Assembly: GCA_022340775.1 (NCBI GenBank)
Contig: JAJDNH010000025.1
Span: 2,007 to 66,006, forward strand
DNA: 64,000 bases
Direction: 5' to 3'
From: Acidobacteriota bacterium
GTDB lineage: Bacteria; Acidobacteriota; Thermoanaerobaculia; Thermoanaerobaculales; Sulfomarinibacteraceae
Below, piece by piece: positions 18,919 through 28,830 of this stretch; position 1 is the stretch's first letter, and the number at the start of each line of letters is the position of its first letter. The position numbers and the translations under genes are program-made. Below the pieces are notes generated by a model. It worked only from the letters and a program-made list of their open reading frames with translations, did no database searches and was not told where the DNA came from.

Positions 18919-20685
18919 TCAGCTCAGTGCCTCGTTGATCGCGTGGCGCAGGCGCGTGAGGCCGGCCGCGAGATCGCCGGTCAGGTGTACGCGAAGCAGG
19001 CGCCGGCCACGCTCCGCCAACACCTCGAGATCGCCGCGCGCCTGTGCCTCTTCGACGGTACCGAAAGTGTAGCTCCGGCCGGGGACCGGAAGGTCGTCCG
19101 AAACAGTGGCGGTGAGCTGCAGGAAGACGCCGGAGTTGGGCCCCCCCTTGTACGCCTGGCCGGTGGAGTGGAGGAACCGGGGTCCGAAGCCGAGGCAGGT
19201 GGCAACCCGGCGATGGTTGCGTACCGTGTGTCTGAGGGCCTGGAGCTGCTCGATGTTGGCCGGACTCATGGCCAGGAATGCGACGATCGCAACGTAGTCG
19301 CTGGGCAGTGCCCGGGCAAGGTGCGCCTTGAGGTAGGCGGCAAGCGACGGGTGGCCTCCGGTAGCGGCGGCCAGCTCGGCCTCGTTCCCTTGGTCGGCGA
19401 AGAGCTGCAGGCCGTCCTCCTCGTAGAACGCGTTCTGCGGCGGCAGGGCGCCGGTGGACTCGACCTCATCGGTCAGCCGTCGTGCGGCCACTTTGGCCGC
19501 CTCGACATCGGGCTGGTCGAACGGGTTGATTCCGAGCGCCATGCCGGCCGCCGCGGTTGCGATCTCCCAGTGGAAGAACTCCTGGCCGAGGTCCTGCCGG
19601 TCGCGCAACATGATGTCGACAATGGGGTGGCCAGCCTGCTCGATCCGGTCGAGGGCCGCACCTACTCCGTCGTCGTCATCTCCCTCCACGGCTAGACGGA
19701 CGAACAGACGATCGTTGCCATACGCGCTCGGTGGGCCCGGTTGCTCCCCATCGACCGGTATCAACCCCTTGCCTCGCTTGCCGGTCGACTCGGCCAACAA
19801 CTGCTCCAGCCAGGCACCGAGACTGCGCACTCGATTCGAGGGCAGGATGGTCACCTTGTCTCGTCCCGCCCTTGCGGCCGCCCCCAGCACCGCTCCCAGG
19901 ACCAGGCCGGGGTTCTGTGCCACCGGGTTGTCGGCGGCGCACGCTTCCACCATTTCGCCCGCACGGTCGAGAAGCCCGGCCACGTCGAGACCCGTGAGCG
20001 CCGCCGGCACGAGACCGAAGTCCGAGAGCGCGGAGTACCGGCCGCCGATCGAGGGGACGCCGTGGAACAGGTGGCGAAAGCCGTCTTCCTGGGCCAAGCC
20101 CTCGAGAGGCGATCCGGGGTCCGTGACGGCGATGAACCTCCTCCCCGGGGGGCGACCCAGCGCTTGCTCGACCCGCTGGAAGAAGTAGCTCAGGAGGATG
20201 TTCGGCTCGAGCGTCGTGCCGGACTTGCTGGAGACAATGAACCACGTCGAAGCCAGGTCGACGGCGTTTTCTACGGCAGCGATCTGGACGGGGTCCGTGG
20301 TGTCCAGGACCAGGAGCTCGGGAAAGCCGTCGGCGCTGCCGAAGACGTTTGACAGCACTTGCGGCGCAAGGCTTGAGCCACCCATACCCAGCAGCACGAG
20401 GCCGGATGGCCTGTTCTGGCGGACATCCTCGGCGAGGCGCAAGAAGCGCTCCAAGTGGCCCCGCTGCTCACTGACGATGTCGAGCCAGCCAAGCCACTTC
20501 TCCTCTCCGCTCGACGTCCACAGGGAGGCGTCGTGCGCCCAGAGGCGGCCGGCCACGTCGTCAGTGGCCCATTGCTCGAGAAGAGCCTCGACTTCTGCCG
20601 CGAAAGCGGCGGGGAGACGAAGGGTCTGGTGCACCGCCGTGACAGCCTCGGCGCCCGTGCGGAGTGGTTTCTGAGTGGGGTTCAT
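18919..20685 (-). CDS. pgi: Glucose-6-phosphate isomerase
   Basis: SIS-domain blocks LLGMGGSSLAPQV and FIVSSKSGTTLEP, followed by GGRYSALS. Confidence 0.85.
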   Translation of the reverse strand: MNPTQKPLRTGAEAVTAVHQTLRLPAAFAAEVEALLEQWATDDVAGRLWAHDASLWTSSGEEKWLGWLDIVSEQRGHLERFLRLAEDVRQNRPSGLVLLGMGGSSLAPQVLSNVFGSADGFPELLVLDTTDPVQIAAVENAVDLASTWFIVSSKSGTTLEPNILLSYFFQRVEQALGRPPGRRFIAVTDPGSPLEGLAQEDGFRHLFHGVPSIGGRYSALSDFGLVPAALTGLDVAGLLDRAGEMVEACAADNPVAQNPGLVLGAVLGAAARAGRDKVTILPSNRVRSLGAWLEQLLAESTGKRGKGLIPVDGEQPGPPSAYGNDRLFVRLAVEGDDDDGVGAALDRIEQAGHPIVDIMLRDRQDLGQEFFHWEIATAAAGMALGINPFDQPDVEAAKVAARRLTDEVESTGALPPQNAFYEEDGLQLFADQGNEAELAAATGGHPSLAAYLKAHLARALPSDYVAIVAFLAMSPANIEQLQALRHTVRNHRRVATCLGFGPRFLHSTGQAYKGGPNSGVFLQLTATVSDDLPVPGRSYTFGTVEEAQARGDLEVLAERGRRLLRVHLTGDLAAGLTRLRHAINEALS

Positions 20686-20844
20686 GGTCGACCTTTCTGC
20701 TCGGTGCTCGCAGCCGGAGGCCAGCGTGCCTCTCGGTCGGGGAAAGAGGTGCGGAGCTGCGCGCGGACATCCGCTCCTCTCGCCAGTGGAACACCCGGCA
20801 ACTCCGGGCTGATTCCCCCGGAGCCGTCCTGCCGGTGGCGCTGG

Positions 20845-21237
20845 TCAGCTCAGGTCGAGGTCCACGGACGACTCCCACAGCCCGTGGATGTTGCACATCG
20901 ATACCGCAACCAACGTTCCTGGTTTCGAGATCTCGACCGAGAACGTTGCCTTTGGATGGGCGCGTATGGGCCCCTCGTTGGCGCCGCGTGTCGACTCGCC
21001 GTGGGCGCGAAAGTCCGAGTGGCCCGCGTGGTACGCGAACGCTTCCCCCAGAGGCTTGAAGTAAAGGTCGAGCCAGGCGATGAAGTGCTCGGTCGTGTTC
21101 GGATGTGGGATCTCGGTGCCGACGGCGACCGTGACGTCGAACGGAACACCGGCCGTCACCGCCTCGGGAGTCGAAATCACTGGAACGTGCTTTTCGCCCT
21201 TGAAGTCCCCTGAGCGGCAGAGCTCGCCATTCTTCAT
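20845..21237 (-). CDS. Superoxide reductase (neelaredoxin/desulfoferrodoxin Fe-centre II domain)
   Basis: GEKHVPVI, HPNTTEHFIAW and the C-x2-H ligand pair MCNIHGLW. The start is at MKNGELC. Confidence 0.85.
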   Translation of the reverse strand: MKNGELCRSGDFKGEKHVPVISTPEAVTAGVPFDVTVAVGTEIPHPNTTEHFIAWLDLYFKPLGEAFAYHAGHSDFRAHGESTRGANEGPIRAHPKATFSVEISKPGTLVAVSMCNIHGLWESSVDLDLS

Positions 21238-21461
21238 CTGCTGATCTCCTTTCACAGTGACTTCACTGCTCACCTCTTGAAAGGTAGGTCGGCGTCGGCT
21301 CCGGTGCAACCACTGGTCTCATAACGGTTGATTGTAATCAGGAGCCAATCTCGGTAATGAGCTGGGATCGTCCTCGGCCTCTCGGGGGCGACCAGGCGAC
21401 AGGAGGAAGACCTCTCGAGCTCGTCGGATCGATTCCTGTGGAGGGCTCCGGAACGGGCCGA

Positions 21462-21812
21462 CTACTGCTGCTCGGGCTTGTAGCGGATGATCTCGGCACG
21501 CTCGAGAGTGATCAGACCGCCGCAGTTGGCCTCGTCGAGCATCGCCTCGACGCGCGCAATGAACGGCTCGAGCGTCTCCTCCGACTCCACCACCTCGATC
21601 ACGATTGGCAGGTCCTCGGACAGCCGGAGAATCCGGGCGGTGTGGACGATCGAGTCGGCGCCGTAGCCCTCGATGCCGCGCAGGACGGTGGCGCCCCCCA
21701 ATCCCATCTCACGGGCGAGGTACACGATTGCTTCGAAAAGCGGCCGGCCGCGTAGCCGATCGCCCTCGCCGATGAAGATCCGCACCAGCTTGCCGTCACC
21801 GCGAACCCGCAT
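21462..21812 (-). CDS. DUF190 (PII-like) protein commonly paired with CrcB
   Basis: GRPLFEAIVYLAREMGLGGATVLRGIEGYGADS is a typical DUF190 block. It lies 14 nt downstream of crcB. Confidence 0.7.
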   Translation of the reverse strand: MRVRGDGKLVRIFIGEGDRLRGRPLFEAIVYLAREMGLGGATVLRGIEGYGADSIVHTARILRLSEDLPIVIEVVESEETLEPFIARVEAMLDEANCGGLITLERAEIIRYKPEQQ

Positions 21813-21826
21813 TTCCGTCACCTCCG

Positions 21827-22213
21827 TCAGACCATACGGCCGAGCTTCAGGCCGATCCAGCACGCACCGAGCCCGAGGACCAGGCTCACCGCCAGGTTCG
21901 CAAACGCCACCCTGAAGTCACCGAGGCGCGCGGCCTGCACCGTCTCGTAGCCAAAGGTCGAGAACGTCGTGAACGCTCCCAGCAGGCCAATGGTCAGGAA
22001 GGCTCGCCAACTGGGGGAAATCATGAGGCGACCCGCCGTGGTGGCTCCCATGACCAGTCCGAGCAGGGCCGCGCCGGCGACGTTTACCGACAGCGTCCCA
22101 TAGGGAAACGGAGACGACCGAGTGGCCGCTGACACCCAGCCAGACAGAGCATAGCGAGCCACCGCGCCGACGGCGCCACCGAGTGCAACCGCTACCAGCC
22201 GCACCAGATTCAT
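21827..22213 (-). CDS. crcB: Fluoride ion channel CrcB/FluC
   Basis: 128 aa with four TM helices. Motifs are GGAVGAVARY, PYGTLSVNVAG and GAFTTFSTF. Confidence 0.9.
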   Translation of the reverse strand: MNLVRLVAVALGGAVGAVARYALSGWVSAATRSSPFPYGTLSVNVAGAALLGLVMGATTAGRLMISPSWRAFLTIGLLGAFTTFSTFGYETVQAARLGDFRVAFANLAVSLVLGLGACWIGLKLGRMV

Positions 22214-22388
22214 GATCGGTACCTGTCTGCGCAGATACCCACCGGATGAGGCAGGCTCTCGAACCAGGGAAACTGAGTTGCCGTCTCCATCGACGGCAGA
22301 TGATACGGAAGATGGCGTCTCGCCGCAACATAGAACGCCGACCTCGCCAAGGTGCCGGTGCTCCGAAGGCGTTGGGGACAGAGGCGGA

Positions 22389-23480
22389 TCAGTCGGACGG
22401 CAGAAGGTAGATCGATCGTGCCTTCAGGCTTGCCCGCACCTCGCAGCCCGCACGGAGACCGAGGTCGTCAGCCGCACACTGGCTGACACGGGTCACGATT
22501 CGCACGCCGGCGTCGGTCTCGAGGTCGGCCTGGACGCGGCCGTCCAGACGGAGCAGCTCCCGCACGTGCGCGGTGACGACGTTGGCCTGTACCTGGGGAC
22601 GGAGCGGGCGGTCTGGATGGAGCAGCATGACCTCCTCGGGGCGGATGCCAACCAGGACCGTCTCACGGTCACACGGTGGCCGCTGCTCGGTTTCCAAAGT
22701 GAGACGGCCGTCATCGAGACGCAGCACGGTGTGGCCCTCGCAGATGGTCAACACCTGGCCGGGCCACAGGTTTTCCGGTGATAGGAAGCGGGCGACCGCG
22801 GCGTTCGCGGGGCGGTCGTAGAGTGTCCTCGGGTCGGCCAGCTGATGCAGGCGTCCGCCGAGGAGCACGCCGATCGTCTCGCCGAGGAGGAACGCCTCTT
22901 CGCGGTCGTGGGTGATGTGGACGACGGTCGGGCGGTGCTCGTGGTGGAGCTTCCGCAGGAGGAGCTGGAAGCCGCGCCTGAGATGGGGGTCGAGGGCGGC
23001 GCACGGCTCATCGATGGCGAGAAGCCGTGGCCCTGTCAGGAGCGCCCGACAGAGGGTGACCCGCTGCTGCTCCCCCCGAGACAGGGTGGCCGGGCTCGGC
23101 CGGTCGATCACTGTCTCCAGGGCGAGGACTTCGGTGAGGGTGGCCAGGAACTTCTGATCGACCTTCTGGCCCCGGCAGTCGACGCCCCATGTGATGTTGC
23201 TCCGTACATTGAGGTGGGGCAATAGCCCCAGATCCTGTGGCACGTAGGCGATCCGGCGTTGGCCGGGAGGGATGCTGGCCACCGGGCGGCCGCTGAGCGA
23301 CACGCCACCGGAATCCGGCTGGTGCCAGCCGAGCAGTGTCTCCAGGAGAACCGTCTTGCCGGCGCCGGAGGGGCCGACGAGCACAAGGTACTCACCGTCG
23401 CCGATAACGAGATCGAGCGGGCCGAGCTGGAAGCGACCGAGATGGAGGCAGAGGCCGTTGGCCGCCAGTGCGGGAGTCAC
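22389..23480 (-). CDS. ABC transporter ATPase with C-terminal TOBE-like domain (molybdate/tungstate ModC-like)
   Basis: Walker A GPSGAGKT, signature LSRGEQQRV, Walker B LLAIDEP. The C-terminal ~110 aa form a beta-rich TOBE-type tail. It is in an operon with ModA/ModB-like genes and Moco genes. Confidence 0.8.
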   Translation of the reverse strand: MTPALAANGLCLHLGRFQLGPLDLVIGDGEYLVLVGPSGAGKTVLLETLLGWHQPDSGGVSLSGRPVASIPPGQRRIAYVPQDLGLLPHLNVRSNITWGVDCRGQKVDQKFLATLTEVLALETVIDRPSPATLSRGEQQRVTLCRALLTGPRLLAIDEPCAALDPHLRRGFQLLLRKLHHEHRPTVVHITHDREEAFLLGETIGVLLGGRLHQLADPRTLYDRPANAAVARFLSPENLWPGQVLTICEGHTVLRLDDGRLTLETEQRPPCDRETVLVGIRPEEVMLLHPDRPLRPQVQANVVTAHVRELLRLDGRVQADLETDAGVRIVTRVSQCAADDLGLRAGCEVRASLKARSIYLLPSD

Positions 23481-24271
23481 GCTCGCCTCCCGGCGACGAC
23501 GCGCAGGGTAAGCAGGACGGCGGTCGCGGCGGCTACCAGCACCAGCGCCAGGCGTGCGGCGTGGGCGAGGGAGCCCGACTCGAGAGCCAGGAAGATCCCG
23601 GTGGCAAGCGTTTCCGTCCTACCGGGGATCGTCCCGGCGACGGTGACCGTGGCGCCGAACTCGCCGAGGGCACGGGCGAAAGCGAGAATCGACGCTGCCA
23701 GCAGCCCGGGGCGGGCGAGTGGCAGGGTCACCTTGATCAGGGTTCTCCAGTGTGAGGCGCCATAAAGTTCGGCGAGCCGTTCCAGACGGGGATCGACACC
23801 GGCGAACGCGGCTTCTGCAGCGCGCACGACGAGGGCGACCACGACCGTCAGCTGGGCCAGGATGACACCGGCAAACCCGAACAGAACTCCCACCCCCCGG
23901 TCCAGCCAGCTGCCGGGTGGCTGCCGCAGGAACAACAGGATCGCCGTTCCCACAGCGACCGGCGACAGCATCGTCGGCAGGTCGAGGACGGTGCTCAGGA
24001 GGCGACGGATTGGGAGACGGGTGCGGGCCAGCCAGAGAGCGGTGGGGACGCCGAGAAGCAGCGCCAGCACGGTGGCAGCGACGGCCGCGATGACGCTGGT
24101 GAGGATGAGCTGCGCCAGGGGCGTCCCACCGCCGGGTCCCGGACCGGTCGCGGCGAGACGGACGAGCGCGATCAGCAGCAGCAGCAGGTAGCCGACGAGA
24201 ACGGCCGCGGTGGTTGCGGCAAGGGAGCCGGTCGGAGCGGCCGGCGGTCGGTCCTCACGGCGTGCGGTCAC
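23477..24271 (-). CDS. ABC transporter permease (ModB-like)
   Basis: EAA-type loop ASILAFARALGEFGATVTVAG. The GTG start at 24271 overlaps the upstream stop (GTGA). The longer ORF to 24652 is an Arg/Pro-rich extension. Confidence 0.75.
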   Translation of the reverse strand: MTARREDRPPAAPTGSLAATTAAVLVGYLLLLLIALVRLAATGPGPGGGTPLAQLILTSVIAAVAATVLALLLGVPTALWLARTRLPIRRLLSTVLDLPTMLSPVAVGTAILLFLRQPPGSWLDRGVGVLFGFAGVILAQLTVVVALVVRAAEAAFAGVDPRLERLAELYGASHWRTLIKVTLPLARPGLLAASILAFARALGEFGATVTVAGTIPGRTETLATGIFLALESGSLAHAARLALVLVAAATAVLLTLRVVAGRRA

Positions 24272-25089
24272 CGCGGAGCCGAAGCCTCGGGTGCCAGCGC
24301 CAGCGCCTCCTTTGATGTCACCAAGTAGCCGTGGGCGCGCCACAGGGTGCGCCCTTCGCGGCCGGCCAGCCAAGCGAGGACTCGTTTGGCGGCCCCCGGG
24401 TGAGCGGCGAAGGTGGTCACCCCGCCAGGGACCGCCGCCACGCGGGTGACGAGCGGTGGCGGTAGCGGCACGACCTGCAGCCGGTCCGGGTACCAGGCGG
24501 CAAACACCCGCCAGCCGATGATGGCGTCGACGTTGCCGAGAGCCAGCAGGTTGGCGAGCGCGGCGCAAGAGCGGGCACGGCCCAGGCGCGGCAGGAGCTT
24601 GTTGGCGAGGCCGGCTCGCTCGAGGACGCCCTCTGCGTACGCTCCGACACACACCGTGCGCGGCTCGGCAATGGCGGCACGCACGTCAGGCCGTTCGAGG
24701 TCGGCGAGAGTGTGTATCCCGAGGGGGTTGCCCGCCTGTACGAGCAACGCCGGCACCAGGTAGGCGAAGTCGATGCGGGAGGCGGGGTCGACCACGTGGC
24801 GCGCTACCGCCCGCTCGATGTAGTCGTGACTGCCGGGGAGGTAGATGTCGCCGCGGCGCCCTAGCTCCAGCTGGCTGAGCATGCTTCCGGACCCTCCGAG
24901 GTTGAGCAGGATCCTGATTCCGAGCTCCTTCTCGATGCGCTTGGCAGCCTCCTCCAAGACTGGCTTGGAGGCCGAGCCAGCGAACATCAGGACCTCGCTG
25001 GGCTCGGCTGCGCTCGCCGATCGTGTCGGCGTCGCCGTCGCCAGCAGGCCAACCCAGAGGAGAGCGGCGGCAATACACCGCCATCTCAC
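24268..25089 (-). CDS. Periplasmic oxyanion (molybdate/tungstate)-binding protein, ModA/WtpA-like
   Basis: Signal peptide, then LMFAGSASKPVLEEAA..LNLGGSGSMLSQLELGRRGDIYLPGS, which resembles ModA-class binding proteins. Mo versus W specificity is not decidable. Confidence 0.7.
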   Translation of the reverse strand: MRWRCIAAALLWVGLLATATPTRSASAAEPSEVLMFAGSASKPVLEEAAKRIEKELGIRILLNLGGSGSMLSQLELGRRGDIYLPGSHDYIERAVARHVVDPASRIDFAYLVPALLVQAGNPLGIHTLADLERPDVRAAIAEPRTVCVGAYAEGVLERAGLANKLLPRLGRARSCAALANLLALGNVDAIIGWRVFAAWYPDRLQVVPLPPPLVTRVAAVPGGVTTFAAHPGAAKRVLAWLAGREGRTLWRAHGYLVTSKEALALAPEASAPR

Positions 25090-26087
25090 CGGCGGCCGTC
25101 TCCCGGGCTGCCCGGAATCACAGGAAGATCGCCGACCTTCGAGCTCCGCTCATCGTTGAGGTGTGTACGGCCACCGCGGACAAGCTCGACGGCGTGGGCG
25201 AGCGCTGGCAGCACCGCCTCGAGGTTCTCGGTCGCGCCCTTGCGACTGCCGGGAAGGTTGAGGATCAAGCTCGACCGGCGGATGCCCGCGACCCCCCGCT
25301 GCAGCATCGCGTGAGGGGTCAACTGGACCGAAGCTGCGCGCATTGCCTCGGCGAGCCCCGGGACCTCCTTGTCGAGCACGGCGCGGGTCGCCTCGGGTGT
25401 CACGTCGCGAGGCCCACACCCGGTGCCGCCAACCGTCAGCACGAGGTCGATGCCACGGCCGGAAAGGTCTTCGAGTCGATTGACTAGACAGTCGCGGTCG
25501 TCGGGTTCGATCCCCGTCCAGGCGACGCGGGCTTGGAGGTGTTCTTGAAGCAGGGCCGCCGTCGCCGGACCGGCGGTGTCCTCGGCAGTGCCACTTGCGC
25601 AGCTGTCGGATACTGTGAGCACCGCCGCCTGAAGCGTCTCCCTGGGCACTCTCTGGCTGACTGTCACGGAATCTCCGGGACGGACGGTGCCATCGCTCAA
25701 GGCGCGCGCAAACAGTCCGGCCCGCGGCATGATGCAGTCACCGCTTCGGTAGTAGATGGCGCACCTCGTGTGGCACACCTTGCCGATTTGCGTGATCTCC
25801 AGGCGGACGTCGTTGACCATCAGGATAGTGCCGATCCCGAGGCTCTCGAGATCCAGGCCGTCGACCACCAGGTTCTCGCCGTACGCGCCCGGCTCGATGT
25901 CGAAACCCCGGGCTCGCATGGTCGCGATGTCGGCTTCGTCGAGCAGGCTGACCTGCCGGTGCCAGTGGCCGGCGTGGGCGTCTCCCTGGATGCCGTGATC
26001 GGTGATGACGTGCGCTCCGTCCACCGGCCGCTTGACGGTGCCCCTCTTCCTGGACGTACAGACGTACTTGACGACTCCGTTCATCAC
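25086..26087 (-). CDS. MOSC domain fused to a MoaB/Mog-type molybdopterin-binding domain
   Basis: The N-terminal half is MOSC-like (GENLVVDGLDL..VRLEITQIGKVCH). The C-terminal half is MoaB-like (LVLTVGGTGCGPRDVTPEAT...LNLPGSRKGA). Confidence 0.75.
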   Translation of the reverse strand: MMNGVVKYVCTSRKRGTVKRPVDGAHVITDHGIQGDAHAGHWHRQVSLLDEADIATMRARGFDIEPGAYGENLVVDGLDLESLGIGTILMVNDVRLEITQIGKVCHTRCAIYYRSGDCIMPRAGLFARALSDGTVRPGDSVTVSQRVPRETLQAAVLTVSDSCASGTAEDTAGPATAALLQEHLQARVAWTGIEPDDRDCLVNRLEDLSGRGIDLVLTVGGTGCGPRDVTPEATRAVLDKEVPGLAEAMRAASVQLTPHAMLQRGVAGIRRSSLILNLPGSRKGATENLEAVLPALAHAVELVRGGRTHLNDERSSKVGDLPVIPGSPGDGRR

Positions 26088-26566
26088 TGCGAGAGCGCTC
26101 CGCTTTGATAGTCGCCTGAGCGGCCACCCGACTTGGCAAGCAGGCGGAGACCGGTGAGGGTCATGGTCTTGGAGAGCGCCTTGAGCATGTCGTAGAGAGT
26201 CAGCCCGGCCACGGATGCGGCGGCAAGTGCCTCCATCTCGACGCCGGTGGCGGCCCGGGTCGATGCGGTGGCGATGATCCGGATTCGGTCGGCACCGGAC
26301 TCGAGCTCGATGCCGACGTGATCGAGGGGCACCTGGTGGGTCAGGGGAATGAGCTCGGAGGTCCTCTTGGCTGCCATGATCCCGGCCAGCCGCGCGGTCT
26401 CATAGACGTTGCCCTTCGGGGTCCGGCCCTCTTCGATTGCGCTCATGATCTCTTGTCCGACGACGAGCACGGCCTCCGCGACGGCCACCCGCCGGCTGAC
26501 GGGCTTGTCGCCGATGTCGACCATGCGTACGGAGCCGTTCTCGTCGAGATGGCTGAGCTTGTCCAC
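26084..26566 (-). CDS. moaC: Cyclic pyranopterin monophosphate synthase MoaC
   Basis: LSHLDENGSVRMVDIGDK, RTSELIPLTHQVPL and TGVEMEALAAASVAGLTLYDM. Confidence 0.9.
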   Translation of the reverse strand: MDKLSHLDENGSVRMVDIGDKPVSRRVAVAEAVLVVGQEIMSAIEEGRTPKGNVYETARLAGIMAAKRTSELIPLTHQVPLDHVGIELESGADRIRIIATASTRAATGVEMEALAAASVAGLTLYDMLKALSKTMTLTGLRLLAKSGGRSGDYQSGALSQ

Positions 26567-26567
26567 C

Positions 26568-27536
26568 TCATCCCCCCACGGCCGCCATCGGCAGGCGGCT
26601 CGTCATTGCCCGGGGCGCCAGCTTGCCTCCCAGGTACTCGCGCAGGGCTCTCGCGAGGCCGTCGTCGTCTTCCCCGAACGCCGCCAGATCGAGAGCGAGG
26701 GGATCCATCAGGCAACGGCGCAGCTGTCCCCTGGCATCGAGCCGGAGCCGGTTGCAGTCGCTACAGAACGGGTGCGATCGTGGAGTGATCCAGCCGACGA
26801 TCACCTCACCGTCTCCCCACCGGACCCGGGTCCGGCGAGCCGGCGTGGTCTGTCGCGCGCCCAGCTCCGAGACGGTTCCATGATGCTCGAGCCAGGAACG
26901 CACCTGGGCGGCGGTGACCAGCTCGCTTTCCGCCCATGCCGCCTCCGTACCGGTACGCATCAGCTCGATGAGGCGGAGCTCCAGGCCGCGGCTGGCCGCG
27001 AGGTCGAGGAGACCAGGAACATCTTCTCTCCACGATGAGGCGAGCAGGACCGCGTTGAGCTTCACGGGCGTCAGCCCGGCGTCCAGCGCGGCCTCGATAC
27101 CGGCAAGGGTGTTGCTCAGACGGCCCCCCCGGGTCAGCAGTGCAAAACGCCGCTCGTCGAGGGTGTCGAGAGAGATGTTGACGCGCCGCAGGCCGGCTCG
27201 ACGCAGCCCCTGCGCGTGTCTCGCCAGCAGCGTACCGTTGGTCGTCATCGAGACTTCGCGGATGGCGGGGATCGACATCAGGAGGGTGACGAGGGTCTCG
27301 ATTCCCTCCCGAGTCAGGGGCTCACCTCCGGTGAGCTTGACACTCGCCACACCGACCTCGGACGCCAGCCGTTTCACGATGGCTGACAGCCGCTCGAGCG
27401 TGGGCAGGCTGCGACGCGCGATCTTGCCGACGCCGCCAGCCGGCATGCAGTAGTGGCACCTGAGGTTGCAGCGATCGGTAACCGACAGCCGCAGAACGTG
27501 GCTGTCGGCGTGCGCGGCGGCTGGAGCGCGGGTCAT
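26568..27536 (-). CDS. moaA: GTP 3',8-cyclase MoaA (radical SAM)
   Basis: LRLSVTDRCNLRCHYCMP is a CxxxCxxC motif. KLTGGEPL is present, with a C-terminal second cluster motif CSDCNRLRL. Confidence 0.9.
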   Translation of the reverse strand: MTRAPAAAHADSHVLRLSVTDRCNLRCHYCMPAGGVGKIARRSLPTLERLSAIVKRLASEVGVASVKLTGGEPLTREGIETLVTLLMSIPAIREVSMTTNGTLLARHAQGLRRAGLRRVNISLDTLDERRFALLTRGGRLSNTLAGIEAALDAGLTPVKLNAVLLASSWREDVPGLLDLAASRGLELRLIELMRTGTEAAWAESELVTAAQVRSWLEHHGTVSELGARQTTPARRTRVRWGDGEVIVGWITPRSHPFCSDCNRLRLDARGQLRRCLMDPLALDLAAFGEDDDGLARALREYLGGKLAPRAMTSRLPMAAVGG

Positions 27537-27557
27537 CCTCGAGCGATCGTAGCAGAT

Positions 27558-28745
27558 CTACAGGGGGTAGCAGACGACCCTGCTGCCCGCGGTGAGATCG
27601 GCTCCCGGCTCGAGCCGTACGAGAGCGTCCGCGCCGGCCCCCGCGACCAGGTCGTGGGAACCCTCCCAGGTTTTGATGGTGGCTCGAAGGCCCTCCGGCC
27701 CTCCTTGGAGCTGGGCCGGCCGGAGGTGAGTACGTTCCTCGCGATTGGCCGCAGCCGTCGTGAGGGCGGCGATCAAAGGGCGCTCGTCGAATGCCGCCGC
27801 GTCGCCGCTCAGAGCGCGGACGAGCGGCAGAACATAGAGACGCCATCCAACCAAGACCGCCAGCGGGTTGCCGGGGAGCCCTACCAGCCAACCGGCCGGG
27901 AAGCGGGCCACGAGGAGCGGCTTGCCGGGCTTCTGCGAGACCTTGTGGAACACGACGGCGCCGCCGAGCGAGGCGACGGCTTCCGGCACCAGGTCGTGGT
28001 CGCCCACCGAAACCCCGCCGGTCGAGACGACAACGTCGGCGTCGGCAAGAGCTTCAGCGAGGGTCGCCCTGACAGCGGACGCCGAGTCTCCGACCCGCCG
28101 GCAGGATGGGGGTGCCAGACCCTGGCTGCGCGCGAAGGCATCCAGCAGCGGCCAGTTCGCGTCCCGGATCTGGCCGTGCCGGGGCCGTTCGCCTTGGGAC
28201 GCGAGCTCGCTGCCGGTTGAGACAATCGTCAGGCGGGGTCGTCGGATGACGGTCAGGCGCCCCGGTGACCCGGCGGCGAGCAAGGCCATGGTGGTCGGCG
28301 TGACTTCAGCTCCGGCGGGAAGGAGCGTCGTACCCGCCGGGAACACCTCGCCCCGTCGGCGCACGTGGGTCCCCGTGGGGCATTGTGCCAGCAGGACTCG
28401 ACCGTCGGCCCGGGGCTCGGCGAGCTCCTGCTGCACGATCGTATCCGCGCCGGCCGGGAGAGCGGCACCGGTGAAGATGCGTGCTGCGAAACCTTCGGGG
28501 AGCCGCTCCGGAACGGCACCGGCTGGCACCTCGAACGCGACCGGCAGGGGTGTTCCCGCTTCCAAGTCCGCGGCACGGACCGCGTAGCCGTCCATGGCCG
28601 AGACGTCGGCGAAGGGCAGGTCGACGTCAGCGACGGCAGGCGCCGCCAGGCGGCAGCCGAGCGCGGCACGGAGTGGGACCTCGACCGGGTCCAACGGCTC
28701 GACTCGGGCGGCCAGAAGGGAGCGGGCCTCATCAATCGTCAGCAT
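27558..28745 (-). CDS. moeA: Molybdopterin molybdotransferase MoeA
   Basis: VSAMDGYAV, STGSEL, TTGGVSVGDHD and GLPGNPLA. The start is at MLTIDEA (ATG 28745). Confidence 0.85.
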   Translation of the reverse strand: MLTIDEARSLLAARVEPLDPVEVPLRAALGCRLAAPAVADVDLPFADVSAMDGYAVRAADLEAGTPLPVAFEVPAGAVPERLPEGFAARIFTGAALPAGADTIVQQELAEPRADGRVLLAQCPTGTHVRRRGEVFPAGTTLLPAGAEVTPTTMALLAAGSPGRLTVIRRPRLTIVSTGSELASQGERPRHGQIRDANWPLLDAFARSQGLAPPSCRRVGDSASAVRATLAEALADADVVVSTGGVSVGDHDLVPEAVASLGGAVVFHKVSQKPGKPLLVARFPAGWLVGLPGNPLAVLVGWRLYVLPLVRALSGDAAAFDERPLIAALTTAAANREERTHLRPAQLQGGPEGLRATIKTWEGSHDLVAGAGADALVRLEPGADLTAGSRVVCYPL

Positions 28746-28830
28746 CAGCCCAGGATAGCGCAGGCGACGGTCGCCTCGCGGTCTTCCGTATTCCCTGCGG
28801 TTGGGCAGGTGTCTGCCGACTTGTGAATGA

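Noticed and set aside
22214-22388. Fluoride (crcB-motif) riboswitch upstream of crcB. A 7-bp hairpin UGCCGUC-GAUGGA-GACGGCA (22279-22299, minus strand) followed by CAAC looked superficially similar.
   Set aside because: The conserved elements of the crcB motif are absent, and the would-be pseudoknot partners do not pair. These elements are GGCGAUG..UUC, AACCGCC and GCUGAUGA..CCUAC. The hairpin also lacks a U-tract, so it is not a convincing terminator either. A covariance-model scan would settle it.
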